DNA of 64,000 nucleotides from Nitrosopumilus sp. (GTDB lineage Archaea; Thermoproteota; Nitrososphaeria; Nitrososphaerales; Nitrosopumilaceae), in the NCBI GenBank assembly GCA_965203315.1, contig OZ241857.1:1056001-1120000 (forward strand), written 5' to 3'. Made by a program: the position numbers and the translations under genes. A model generated the notes under the pieces. That model saw only the letters and a list, made by a program, of their open reading frames with translations. It was not told the origin of the DNA and did not search any database. Of the stretch, positions 1-9,797 are shown in pieces. Within the stretch, counting starts at the first letter, position 1; every line of letters begins with the position of its first letter.

Positions 1-160
1 GTTCATCTGTACATACACGAGTCTACATCCTCCTAGCCTTGTCCTAAACGACGTTCGTAATTCCGACAGATGTGCAGTATACAACGAAGCCGAATAGATA
101 GACTTGTGTGATATTGGGGCATGATAATTAATTCTAGTAATTATTTATCACGAGATACTG

Positions 161-277
161 GGATCTTTTCGCTTTACATTGTATAAAAGAATTACAACAA
201 AATCACTACAGATTCTGTAAAGAAAAATTATGGAGAAACCCTTGTGAGACACTATCTAATGCAAATCGAAGAGACCC
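161..277. mobile_element. MITE family A copy (~117 bp)
   Basis: Ends GGATCTTTTCGCTTTAC ... GCAAATCGAAGAGACCC; similar to six other copies in the window; flanks AGATACTG/AAATACGA (5/8). Confidence 0.7.
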
Positions 278-402
278 AAATACGACACATCATAGTTTTA
301 CTTGCAGTATTTAGTTTCCATGTTGGGATTTATGTAAGAGTGTCGTAATTAAAAATGAGTGATCTACATTTATTGATTCAGAGTCAATATACAAGATGTC
401 TT

Positions 403-1857
403 TCATCTAAACGACTCTACTTTAACAAACGCTGCGTCCAATCTAGCGTGTAACTCTTTATTCCACTCTTCAAACCCATTAGGATCTTGTGGATACTTGT
501 TATAGTGATCTACAAGCCACTTGTTCTCGTTTGATGTATATCGCAATCCTTCTGCCACCGTCTTATTCATGGCACCTCGAATTATCATTTCCAACTTTGT
601 CAGACCACTAAAGTCTGGATGCTCACCCTTGCTTATCGACTCGATATCGAGATTACCTAAAAAGTGCTTCATTCCATAACTTATCTGATCGTTGGTCATC
701 TGTTGTACTAGTCGCCTAAAGAGTTCAAGACCCGCAGTCTTGTAGCCATACTCTTTGATAAAATCGATATTGTACTGCCATAGTCCACTCTCAGATAGAT
801 CACCTGCCTCTAGTGCTTGTGCTATATTATTTCCTAGTATGGTTCCAGCGATTATTGCAGGTCCTATGCCTCCTGCATCTATTGGCTTTGGCATCCATGC
901 CGAGTCACCTACTAGTACGTATCCACCAGACACCATACAGTCGTTCTGTCTACGGACTGATACTTGGAATACTCCTGAATTGTTGTCGATATCTTCGGGA
1001 TCTTGCGAGAGCCGAGGATTTGTAATGGCGTGATTTCGTGCAAGATACTCTTTCATCAGTGACTCTACATTATCACTCTTGCCGAGACGTTTGTTACGTT
1101 TATCCAAGAATGACTTTTCTACACCTAAACCAATGTTTACTTTATTGACCCCTTTTGGAAAGACCCAACCATATCCTCCAGGCGCAATATCTTGATCTAG
1201 ATGTATTATGCAATAGTTGGGATCAAAGTCTGAGAGATCTTGTTGAACTTGGTCAAAGTACATGATATATCTGCCCGTAGATTCTAGATCTCGACGATCT
1301 ATACGTCTCTCTACCTTGTCAGAGTTCTTTAACCCATTTCTCAACATAGAGGTTACTCCAGTTGCATCGACTACGACCTTGGCAGTACACTTGAATGGTT
1401 GTCTTGTACTGTTGTCTACTCCTTGTACGCCTACAACTTGGGGCCCATCATATAACAGACCAGTGAGGTTTATCTCGTATCTAAAGTCTACTCCCATGTG
1501 TCTACAGCGTTTATTTTGGATCTCTGGCAATAGTTGTCTATTCAACATGTATCCGTCGCCGTCAAAGGGAATTGATGTCTCTCTATCTGGAGATAGAGCT
1601 ATGACCCCTTGTACATCGTACTCGATCTCCGGTCTACTCCAATTCACACCTATTCTGCTCGTCATAAAGTCTACTGCCTCCTTTGAGCAGGCATCGCCAC
1701 ACACCCATCCTGCATGAGATTTACGACCAGGAGTTGTCTCGGGGTTTCGATCGATCACTAGAATTCTAGCGTTCTGACGTGAATAGTACGATATCGACTG
1801 TGTCACTATCGTTCCGGCTAGACCGCCACCTGCAACTATAACATCATAATCTGCCAT
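403..1857 (-). CDS. Geranylgeranyl reductase family FAD-dependent oxidoreductase (digeranylgeranylglycerophospholipid reductase-like)
   Basis: GGGLAG FAD motif, CGDA, APGGYGWVFPKG, LVGDSA..PKPIDAGGI. Confidence 0.85.
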   Translation of the reverse strand: MADYDVIVAGGGLAGTIVTQSISYYSRQNARILVIDRNPETTPGRKSHAGWVCGDACSKEAVDFMTSRIGVNWSRPEIEYDVQGVIALSPDRETSIPFDGDGYMLNRQLLPEIQNKRCRHMGVDFRYEINLTGLLYDGPQVVGVQGVDNSTRQPFKCTAKVVVDATGVTSMLRNGLKNSDKVERRIDRRDLESTGRYIMYFDQVQQDLSDFDPNYCIIHLDQDIAPGGYGWVFPKGVNKVNIGLGVEKSFLDKRNKRLGKSDNVESLMKEYLARNHAITNPRLSQDPEDIDNNSGVFQVSVRRQNDCMVSGGYVLVGDSAWMPKPIDAGGIGPAIIAGTILGNNIAQALEAGDLSESGLWQYNIDFIKEYGYKTAGLELFRRLVQQMTNDQISYGMKHFLGNLDIESISKGEHPDFSGLTKLEMIIRGAMNKTVAEGLRYTSNENKWLVDHYNKYPQDPNGFEEWNKELHARLDAAFVKVESFR

Positions 1858-1970
1858 AACTTACCTTACACCATCCTCATCTGTTAGTCTGTATTTAAAA
1901 TATCATAGCATTCAGCATTACCCAAAATATCTCTTATCAACATACATCGAGATCTGTACGTGTAATTATT

Positions 1971-2020
1971 GTACACTAATGTACATTAATGTATAGCAAT
2001 GTATAGCAATGTATGTCATT
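1971..2020. repeat. Five imperfect 10-bp tandem repeats
   Basis: gtacactaat gtacattaat gtatagcaat gtatagcaat gtatgtcatt in a divergent intergenic region. Confidence 0.6.
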
Positions 2021-2217
2021 AGCGATCTATAAGCCGCTGAGATGAACAACGAACGGCTGTTTTTGGAAGACATTGTCTTTGTATAATTCTAAAACAGATA
2101 CACAAGGATTGTAAACTGATACGAGTCACAAAATGTCTCTAGTCTCGTAATTGTCTCAACTACTAAAATGTAAAGCCATCAGAGGCTAGATCGCAAAACC
2201 TAGGAACTAGACAGAGA

Positions 2218-3057
2218 TTGAACCAAAAATATAATATTATTCATGCAACAGACACCACATACTTGACGGAAATTGTCCCATATCTAGATTGGAATAACTC
2301 GATCGACATACTAGACAAAGCATACGAGTCAAGACTCTTTGTGTTGGTCGTGGGCCCAAAGGGAACAGGCAAGACATCACTGGTGCGAGAGTTTGCAAAT
2401 ATGCATAATATACATTTACAGTCGATCAACTTTAGTTTGCGCACTCGTGAGAGTCATCTGGTTGGAACAAAGACACTAAACGAAGGAACCATAAGTTTTG
2501 ATGAAGGTCTCTTGATCAAATCTATGAGACAAGGCGATCTATTATACCTAGATGAGATAAATGCAGCAGAAGCAGATGTTCTACTACGGTTGGATGAAGC
2601 TCTAGATGACAGGCGCCAAATAGTACTAAAAGAGTCAGATGGTCAGACAGTTCATGCAGACGATGGATGGTTTGTGGTTGCGACCATAAATCCATTAACA
2701 CATAGTGGCACAAAAGAGTTGCCGCCGCAACTATTAAGTCGATTTCCAGTTAGAATAAGATTAGAATATCCACCAGAAGATATAGAGCTCGATATTGTAC
2801 GACGACACGTATCTGGACACGATGATACAATACTACAAGCCATAAAACTTGCAAACACACTGCGACAAGCAGCTGCAGTAGAAGAGCTCTATTACGCTCC
2901 CAGTCTGAGAGAGACTATTGCGTTTGGTAAACTAGTGCAACACGGAGTCAAACCTAACGATGCTGCGGTCTATATCTTTGGAAACGTATACACGCAATGG
3001 GGCACTATAGAGTATCAGAAAGCAAACGACATAATCGTATCGATGTTTGGACAATGA
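2218..3057 (+). CDS. MoxR/CbbQ/NirQ-type AAA+ ATPase
   Basis: Walker A GPKGTGKT, Walker B LYLDEINAA, ATINP, SRF arginine finger. Confidence 0.9.
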   Translation: MNQKYNIIHATDTTYLTEIVPYLDWNNSIDILDKAYESRLFVLVVGPKGTGKTSLVREFANMHNIHLQSINFSLRTRESHLVGTKTLNEGTISFDEGLLIKSMRQGDLLYLDEINAAEADVLLRLDEALDDRRQIVLKESDGQTVHADDGWFVVATINPLTHSGTKELPPQLLSRFPVRIRLEYPPEDIELDIVRRHVSGHDDTILQAIKLANTLRQAAAVEELYYAPSLRETIAFGKLVQHGVKPNDAAVYIFGNVYTQWGTIEYQKANDIIVSMFGQ

Positions 3058-4625
3058 ACAGCATATCACTAAGTAACGACTCGTTGATAGAGATTGCAAC
3101 CTTTCTTGCAAGACGGTGGTCTGGTAGAAATGAGTGTATGGTACAGATATCATCTAACAGTAATACTAGGGTACAGAGTAGAGATAGAATATTACTCGCT
3201 GCATTAGACAAGCGATCTGGTAATGGCTTTGAGCGATACAGACAGTTTCGAGTATCGTTGTGGTATGAAGCTATGCGATCCAAATACTGTGAAAAGGTTC
3301 TCAGTAGTGATCATGCATTCGGATTCATTCTAAACACGATGGAGACTAGACGAATTGAATCACTAGGCAGGCAGACATGGCAAGGGATGAGTGGTGAGCT
3401 GCTCTTCAACTATGCAGTCATGTTGTCATCAAGGCCTTATCTACGAGATGTATATGGTAGAGCAAGAATAGTTGAGGCATTTTATCAGTACTATATGTTT
3501 GGAGTGATAAAAGGAGAGATCCAATCGAGTCACCTAGAGCGCGTACACAAAGCAGCAGATCTCGCAACAAGACTGGTCCAAGAGTCACTAAAACAGAGTG
3601 ACACCAGATGGCTAGAACATAATACAAGCAAGATTATAAAGATACTAGATATAGACTCGCTCTTGACTATTCCTGTATCGTTACCATACATGAGATCAGG
3701 CATGGCATTAAACGAAGAAGAGTTGCGCAAGAATCTAAAGTTGATAACAAGAGATAGAGAAGACGATTGGGTCCAACTCGATCCTAATGATGTATTATCG
3801 GGTCGAGACATCTATGACGAATATACGATATTGGTAAACGAGAACAAAAAGACTCAAAATCTAGGACTAGGACAAGAGACCGTTGGAGTTCAATTACCAT
3901 CAGCACATAATGTTGACGAGACTGCAATATACGATATAGCACTGATCAGTGGACTAAAGACCAAATTCAAAGTGTGGAAGACTGGATGGAGTGAACAACA
4001 TTTAGACTCGGGTGACGAGTTTGATGAAGAGAGCTATATCGAGGGTAATGAACCATTCTTCACAGATATGAGACGAACTATTAAAACAAGGATCACCATT
4101 CTCCTAGACCACTCTTCAAGTATTGCAGCAGATGCACTAGAATACAAAAAGGCGACTCTGGCATTATGTGAGGTGTTGGCATTTCTGAGAATCGATTTCT
4201 CTGTATATGCATTTAGTACACAAGATAGAGCTGTAGTATGCTGGGTCGTAAAACCAGACAATACAAAATGGAACAGTCTTGCTGCAAAGCGACTTGCGCA
4301 GATAGTTGCAAACGGCTCTACGCCCTTGGCAGAGGTATACGACAAAATGTACGATACATTACAAGCAAGGCGACCAGACATATTTCTCACTCTTACTGAT
4401 GGTGAGCCGTCTGATCCAGATGCAGTAAGAAAGATGACAAATCAATTCAAGTCACTCGGAATAAAGATGGTGGCGATGGGTATGGGTCACAGTACAATTC
4501 GGGCAACCACAATTGCAAGCAACTTGAGACACTTGGGATATGAACGAACTGTAGCAGTAAGTAGACTAGCAGATATTCCAGACAAAGTCATGTCTATACT
4601 AGATGGACCATCTGATATTTTTTAA
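3054..4625 (+). CDS. von Willebrand factor A domain protein (MoxR partner)
   Basis: MIDAS-like LLDHSSS, GSTPL, LTDGEP; ATG at 3054 overlaps the ATPase stop (ATGA). Confidence 0.85.
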   Translation: MNSISLSNDSLIEIATFLARRWSGRNECMVQISSNSNTRVQSRDRILLAALDKRSGNGFERYRQFRVSLWYEAMRSKYCEKVLSSDHAFGFILNTMETRRIESLGRQTWQGMSGELLFNYAVMLSSRPYLRDVYGRARIVEAFYQYYMFGVIKGEIQSSHLERVHKAADLATRLVQESLKQSDTRWLEHNTSKIIKILDIDSLLTIPVSLPYMRSGMALNEEELRKNLKLITRDREDDWVQLDPNDVLSGRDIYDEYTILVNENKKTQNLGLGQETVGVQLPSAHNVDETAIYDIALISGLKTKFKVWKTGWSEQHLDSGDEFDEESYIEGNEPFFTDMRRTIKTRITILLDHSSSIAADALEYKKATLALCEVLAFLRIDFSVYAFSTQDRAVVCWVVKPDNTKWNSLAAKRLAQIVANGSTPLAEVYDKMYDTLQARRPDIFLTLTDGEPSDPDAVRKMTNQFKSLGIKMVAMGMGHSTIRATTIASNLRHLGYERTVAVSRLADIPDKVMSILDGPSDIF

Positions 4626-4768
4626 TCACAACAAGATCAGTTCTTTTAACGAGTTGGTAACATTATGCGTAAATCTGAAAAATAAAATTACGTTTGTGTA
4701 AATTATTCGATCGTTTGATCTGTATATTTTGGAGATTTGTTGTAGACTCGACATGCACGAGTTAAAAG

Positions 4769-4884
4769 AGATCTTTTTGGTTTATGTGGAATGATATTTT
4801 ACAAGATGGTTCTCACTAAATTTTCCCTACAAAATTCCATAGTATTTTTTCTGTAAAGTTCTATCCCACATACGTCAGAGATTC
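4769..4884. mobile_element. MITE family A copy (left end of composite)
   Basis: AGATCTTTTTGGTTTATGTGG ... CCCACATACGTCAGAGATTC; aligns with the reverse complement of 9637-9753. Confidence 0.75.
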
Positions 4885-5011
4885 TAAAGATAGAATGTCA
4901 AAGATGTCATTTTTGTGTACATTTCAACCCAACCCTACGAATAATCAACAAGAATTGAACACTCAGATTAATGGTGGACAATTTTTGATATCACATATCT
5001 CGAATGCAAAC

Positions 5012-8000
5012 CTACTCGGTTAGCCAGCCTAGATTGATCAGGGTTCTAGTGCGAGAGTCCATGTCACCAAACTCATAGGTAAAGATGTTGTCGATCTCGG
5101 CATATGCTTTTGTCTTGTATGCATCGTATAGCGAGTCACGCAGTTCTATCATCTTTTGGGTGTGCCAGTCGAGTTTGACCTTGAATGGCGCACATATTCT
5201 GTCGTTGATGTCTGTACATACTGGAGTGGTACCTGCGTATGGTGCATATTCTACTATTACGAAATGACCAAACGAGTTGCGACTCCATGTGTTTCCAAAC
5301 GCATCAGCCCATAGATCAGAGACCTTGTCTGTACGGACTAGAATAAGATTTACTGGTCTGCCATCGTCACGAGATAGTGTCAGTCCTGGCTGTACAGTTG
5401 GTGGTGTGTTTAGTGATGGACCTTCAACAAAGACGCCTTCATTCATGTAGTTTATTGCGTTTAGTGATAACGTGTCTGTTACTTGTATTGCAAATGGTTC
5501 ATGGTTCATCACCTCACGGAACAGTACATCTGGAATGGTTACTTGGGTACATTGCAGCTCACCACCAGAGCAAGATGCAGTAGATACGATCGTACCAGTG
5601 ATGTCATAGTCTATGATGTTGTTTGGGTCATGTATAGTAACATCTGTGATATAGTGGTATGACGGTTCGCTATAGTTTATTCCAAGATTTACAGAAATGT
5701 ATGCTTCAGCTGTACTCAGTGGAGCGCCAACATTTGGTACACTAAACGCCAGTACGACATTTCTCAACAGGGTTGGTGCGTATGCCTTGAGAGCAAATGT
5801 GTGTGTTGTGTTTGTTTGGATTGTATTTCGTTCATACTGGACATGGTATGCAGTAACATCACGGCAAGTGTCGTCCATCATATAGCCACATGTTACGACT
5901 TGTTCACCGGTGTATAGCGATCTGCCAAACGTTGGTGCAAGTGTTAGATAGGTATCGTCCGAGTCACTGGGTGGAGGTGGAGGACCAGGATTAAAGTTGA
6001 TAATATGGGTAGGCATAATTATTGTACCAGCAGTTCCATAAAATCCTGTTAGTCGTTTTGTTATAATGACGATATCATCACCGTGTTTACCATAGCACAT
6101 GATATTTTTATCCTTGAGAGTATTGGTGGTCGTATCGATTATTTTATCTGTACACGCAGGAATTGGTTGAGCCTTTGTTATGTTTTCACGAGGTGAGAAA
6201 TAGTATGGATGTTCGTCTGTTTTATTGTATATGGTGAATCGCATCTCTTTGTCGGTTATGAGAGGTTTGGTAGAGTTTTTTGTGAGGTCTATGTTACATC
6301 CAGCTCTTTTGATAAAGTTTGGTCCAAACGAACCCGAGTCTGCTATCAGATTGGTAGGTACTTTAAGAGTGAGATTTCCATAATTGTTGTCTGCAATCAA
6401 AAGATTGACAGTTCTGAATTGAGCTACACACGTACTCGTTTCCGGAAACTCGTTGGGGAGTATCTTTGTATCGTTTTGTACATGCAAGTCGCCTATTCTA
6501 GTGTTCACGTGACCAGTATATCGCTCACGATCACTACCTGGTATGTATGCGCCAGGAGCAGTAGTTGGGTCAGATGTTACCGATAGGGATTTTCCATCTG
6601 GGTCTGGTTTGTCAGGAAAGTCTGATGGTGGTGCCAGTGTCAGAATATTGGTATCACGAGGGACGGTAGGTGCGTTGAGGTCCACTGGAGTTTTAGGTGG
6701 GTTGACGGTATCGGCTGCACCATAAAATCCAGTCAGTCGCTTTGTGATGATGACGATATCGTCACCGTGTATGCCATAACATATCGTATTGTTGCCTTTG
6801 AGGGTATTGGTGGTTGTATCTAGTATATCAGTTGTACACACAGGGATTGGTTGAGCCTCGGGTATTCTGTCACGTGGAGAGAAATAGTAGGGAGTTTTCT
6901 CTGCCTTGCCGTATATCGTATATCGTATCTCTTTGGTGGTTATTAACGGTAGGCTATGTACAGCTTCGGGATCTGCCGGCGTGCAGCTTGCAAAGTCTAA
7001 TCCATATGCGTGTACACTACGCAGAGGTGTTTTAGGAACTATATTATCGGGTATGGCAAATTTTGGAACCTTGTCTGTGTTTAGGGTTGCAACATGCCGT
7101 AAATCCGCATTACATCGGTAAACACCAATGCCCTTGAATAGAGGATGTACGATGTTGGTATCTTGTGCTAGATAGATATCAGCTGTGGGCTTGGTTAGAT
7201 GATCGATGAATCTGCGATCGTTGCCACCATAGTATATCTTGCCATCACTAAACTCGTCCTGGTCAAAACCTATTGCAGAGTCATCCTTTGTGTCGGTTAA
7301 TGGTGGTATAGTCAATGCCATCGCATATGTACTAGCAGATTCTGTACGTGGAGGTGCTGCATTGAGGTCTATTGGATTTGCAGGCGCGGTAATGTTATTG
7401 GCTACACCATAAAATCCAACCAGTCGTTTTGTGATAATTACAATGTCATCTCCATGTTTGCCGTAACATATGGTATTGTGACCTTTGAGTTTGTTGTTGT
7501 TTGTGTCGAGTATAGCAGTTGTACATGCAGGTATGGGTTGTGCAGCAGATATGCTGTCACGTGGAGAAAAGTAGAAAGGCTTTTTGTCTGTCTGGTTGTA
7601 TATGGTATATCGCATCTCTGTGTCGGTTATCAGTGTTTGGTTGGATACTTTACCAGGATTTGGCTTGCATTTCTTGTCAAAGCCTAGGCCGTATGCAAAG
7701 AGTTCATTCTTTTGTGTAGGAGTGATGTTATCGGGTACGACAAATTTTGGACGCGCGTTTTTGTCGAAATTTTTAACACGCTCAAAGTCCATATCACATT
7801 CATACTCACCGGTACCAGCAAACAGAGTCCGTGGGAGTGTACTAGTATCATGTTCTAGATAGATATCAGCGGTAGCTCTCTTTTTGTTACCATCATCGGT
7901 CATTCTAACAGTGTCGCCATCATAGAATAGTACGCCGTCACGTTCTGTCGTTGATTTAACGCTCAGCCCAGCATAATCTTTCTCGTCGGTTAGTGGCGGT

Positions 8001-9475
8001 ATCGTTAGTATAGTACCTGAATCTCGTGGTACGCCTGCGACTGCATAAAATGCAATCCTCTTTGTTATAATTACGATATCGTCACCATTCTTGCCATAGC
8101 ACATCTTTGTGGTACCTTTGAGAGACTGGTTGTTCAGATGTATCATATCGGTGGTACATGCAGGTATCTGGACAGCTGTGGTGATATCGTCACGAGGCGA
8201 GAAATAGTACGGTTGGTTGGTTGTGTCGTATATTGTGAATCTCATCTCTTTCTCTGTGAATATAGGATTTGGTGATTTGGCGTCCATGTCTACTTTACAA
8301 CTACCGGCAACAGGACCAAAGTCGAGTGCCAGTCCAACTATACCGTTTGGATTAGTTGGGTTTATGTTGCTTGGTATGGTAAACGATGGAACCTTGTCGG
8401 TCTTGGCCAGTTCCGTTATAGACCAGACATCTACATCACAGTCAGTATTTGCGTAAGAGTTGGTTACAGAGTTGAAAAATATTGGGTTGGACTCTGTACG
8501 TGTAGGAGTGGGTATGTACACATCACCTACTTGACCATTAGGTTCGTTCTCGAATGCCACAGGAGTGAATACATACTTGTTGTTGGCTTCATCTCTGACC
8601 ATGAACGTAGTCTGCCGATCACCATTAGTAGTGGTTATGGTCCGTAGATCATAATCAGTAGATATCTCAAGGTTGTCAGGCTTGGGTATCGTCAGTATAG
8701 ATTGAGCAGCAGGATCTGGAACAACAGGATCTATAGCTGCATTGAGGTCTATTGGGTTTGTAGGCGGGGTGACAGTGTTGGCTGCACCATAAAATCCGGT
8801 CAGTCGCTTTGTTATAATGACCATATCATCACCATGTTTGCCATAACATATCGTATTGTTGCCTTGTAGAGTATTGTTGCTTGTGTGAATTATTGTACTA
8901 GTACATATGGGTATGGGTTGTGCTTGTAATATTCCGTCACGTGGTGAGAAATAGTAAGGCTTTTTGTCTGCCTTGCCGTGTAGAGTAACTCGCATATCCT
9001 TGTCGGTTATCAGTGTTTGATTAGAGGGGGTTTCAGGACTTGGTGTGGAACAGGGGGATTGAAAGTCTAGACCGAATCCAAATAGTCTGTTCTTTTTATT
9101 AGGCTGGATATTGTCTGGTATGGCAAAGTTTGGAACATCACTTGTGCTGAGACCTTTAATAGCAACCAATGATGCATAACACCCATAAGTGCCGACACCC
9201 TCAAACAGAGGGCGTGTGAGTGTATGAGTCTCTGTCTCTACATAGATATCACCATTAGGATTTGGTTTGTCTGTGTATCTATTAGAAGAGCCACCATAGT
9301 ATATCTGGCCACTAATAGAGTCGTCCGAGTTAAATTGTAATACACCGTGAACTGTCGAGTTGGTCTTTGGCGGCACGGTCAATATATCTGCCCCAAACGC
9401 ATCATCTAGATCAACTAGTAAAAGTGGTACAACTGCTGCCAAAACCAGAACAGAGATTAGACGACGCTTACTCAA
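5012..9475 (-). CDS. Large secreted/surface protein with 5 copies of an unrecognised ~220-aa Cys-containing domain and a C-terminal thaumarchaeal surface-protein-type domain
   Basis: N-terminal signal peptide; five repeats ending YFSPR..IPxCT..CYGxxGDDxVIITKR; Pro-rich linker before the C-terminal domain (LAPTFG...). Confidence 0.85.
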   Translation of the reverse strand: MSKRRLISVLVLAAVVPLLLVDLDDAFGADILTVPPKTNSTVHGVLQFNSDDSISGQIYYGGSSNRYTDKPNPNGDIYVETETHTLTRPLFEGVGTYGCYASLVAIKGLSTSDVPNFAIPDNIQPNKKNRLFGFGLDFQSPCSTPSPETPSNQTLITDKDMRVTLHGKADKKPYYFSPRDGILQAQPIPICTSTIIHTSNNTLQGNNTICYGKHGDDMVIITKRLTGFYGAANTVTPPTNPIDLNAAIDPVVPDPAAQSILTIPKPDNLEISTDYDLRTITTTNGDRQTTFMVRDEANNKYVFTPVAFENEPNGQVGDVYIPTPTRTESNPIFFNSVTNSYANTDCDVDVWSITELAKTDKVPSFTIPSNINPTNPNGIVGLALDFGPVAGSCKVDMDAKSPNPIFTEKEMRFTIYDTTNQPYYFSPRDDITTAVQIPACTTDMIHLNNQSLKGTTKMCYGKNGDDIVIITKRIAFYAVAGVPRDSGTILTIPPLTDEKDYAGLSVKSTTERDGVLFYDGDTVRMTDDGNKKRATADIYLEHDTSTLPRTLFAGTGEYECDMDFERVKNFDKNARPKFVVPDNITPTQKNELFAYGLGFDKKCKPNPGKVSNQTLITDTEMRYTIYNQTDKKPFYFSPRDSISAAQPIPACTTAILDTNNNKLKGHNTICYGKHGDDIVIITKRLVGFYGVANNITAPANPIDLNAAPPRTESASTYAMALTIPPLTDTKDDSAIGFDQDEFSDGKIYYGGNDRRFIDHLTKPTADIYLAQDTNIVHPLFKGIGVYRCNADLRHVATLNTDKVPKFAIPDNIVPKTPLRSVHAYGLDFASCTPADPEAVHSLPLITTKEIRYTIYGKAEKTPYYFSPRDRIPEAQPIPVCTTDILDTTTNTLKGNNTICYGIHGDDIVIITKRLTGFYGAADTVNPPKTPVDLNAPTVPRDTNILTLAPPSDFPDKPDPDGKSLSVTSDPTTAPGAYIPGSDRERYTGHVNTRIGDLHVQNDTKILPNEFPETSTCVAQFRTVNLLIADNNYGNLTLKVPTNLIADSGSFGPNFIKRAGCNIDLTKNSTKPLITDKEMRFTIYNKTDEHPYYFSPRENITKAQPIPACTDKIIDTTTNTLKDKNIMCYGKHGDDIVIITKRLTGFYGTAGTIIMPTHIINFNPGPPPPPSDSDDTYLTLAPTFGRSLYTGEQVVTCGYMMDDTCRDVTAYHVQYERNTIQTNTTHTFALKAYAPTLLRNVVLAFSVPNVGAPLSTAEAYISVNLGINYSEPSYHYITDVTIHDPNNIIDYDITGTIVSTASCSGGELQCTQVTIPDVLFREVMNHEPFAIQVTDTLSLNAINYMNEGVFVEGPSLNTPPTVQPGLTLSRDDGRPVNLILVRTDKVSDLWADAFGNTWSRNSFGHFVIVEYAPYAGTTPVCTDINDRICAPFKVKLDWHTQKMIELRDSLYDAYKTKAYAEIDNIFTYEFGDMDSRTRTLINLGWLTE

Positions 9476-9507
9476 TAATTACCCCCCCCCCCCCCTATCT
9501 TATAAAA
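9476..9507 (-). promoter_or_regulatory. TATA box (TTTTATAA, 9507-9500) followed by a G14 homopolymer (9495-9482) just upstream of the TTG start
   Basis: Minus strand reads TTTTATAA-GATA-G14-TAATTA-TTG. Confidence 0.65.
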
Positions 9508-9636
9508 GTACTCACAAGTACGATAAGATCGATGCAACACAGACACAAAAATCAAACATGCTTGACATCAAAGCGTGATGTCAACCGAATCATACAGATA
9601 AAAGATCTCCAATTCTCGCAACGGAGAGATAATCAA

Positions 9637-9753
9637 GGATCTCTTCGATTTATGTGGGATAGAATTTTCACAGGAAAAACACTACAAAATTCTGTATGGA
9701 AAATTTAGTGAAAAAGTCTTGTAAAATGTAATCGTATGTAAACCAAAAGATCC
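9637..9753. mobile_element. MITE family A copy (right end of composite)
   Basis: GGATCTCTTCGATTTATGTGGG ... TAAACCAAAAGATCC. Confidence 0.8.
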
Positions 9754-9797
9754 GTTAAAAGAACCTTTTATAATGCGACACATCACATAACAAGATC

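Larger units (their letters stand above)
4769..9753. mobile_element. Putative non-autonomous composite transposon bounded by inverted MITE-A copies, carrying a surface-protein gene
   Basis: MITE-A at 4769-4884 and inverted copy at 9637-9753; direct repeat GTTAAAAG at 4761-4768 and 9754-9761. Confidence 0.75.

Noticed and set aside
755-1717. Antisense ORFs inside long genes (many across the window)
   Set aside because: Shadow frames of well-supported opposite-strand genes.
2997-3053. Upstream extension of the vWA ORF (likewise 54339-54446 for ubiD and 39676-39789 for trm56)
   Set aside because: Extensions overlap neighbouring genes; downstream starts give normal coupling and family-like N-termini.
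2218-4625. MoxR-vWA pair as a novel system
   Set aside because: Well-known chaperone-type pair; nothing unusual seen.
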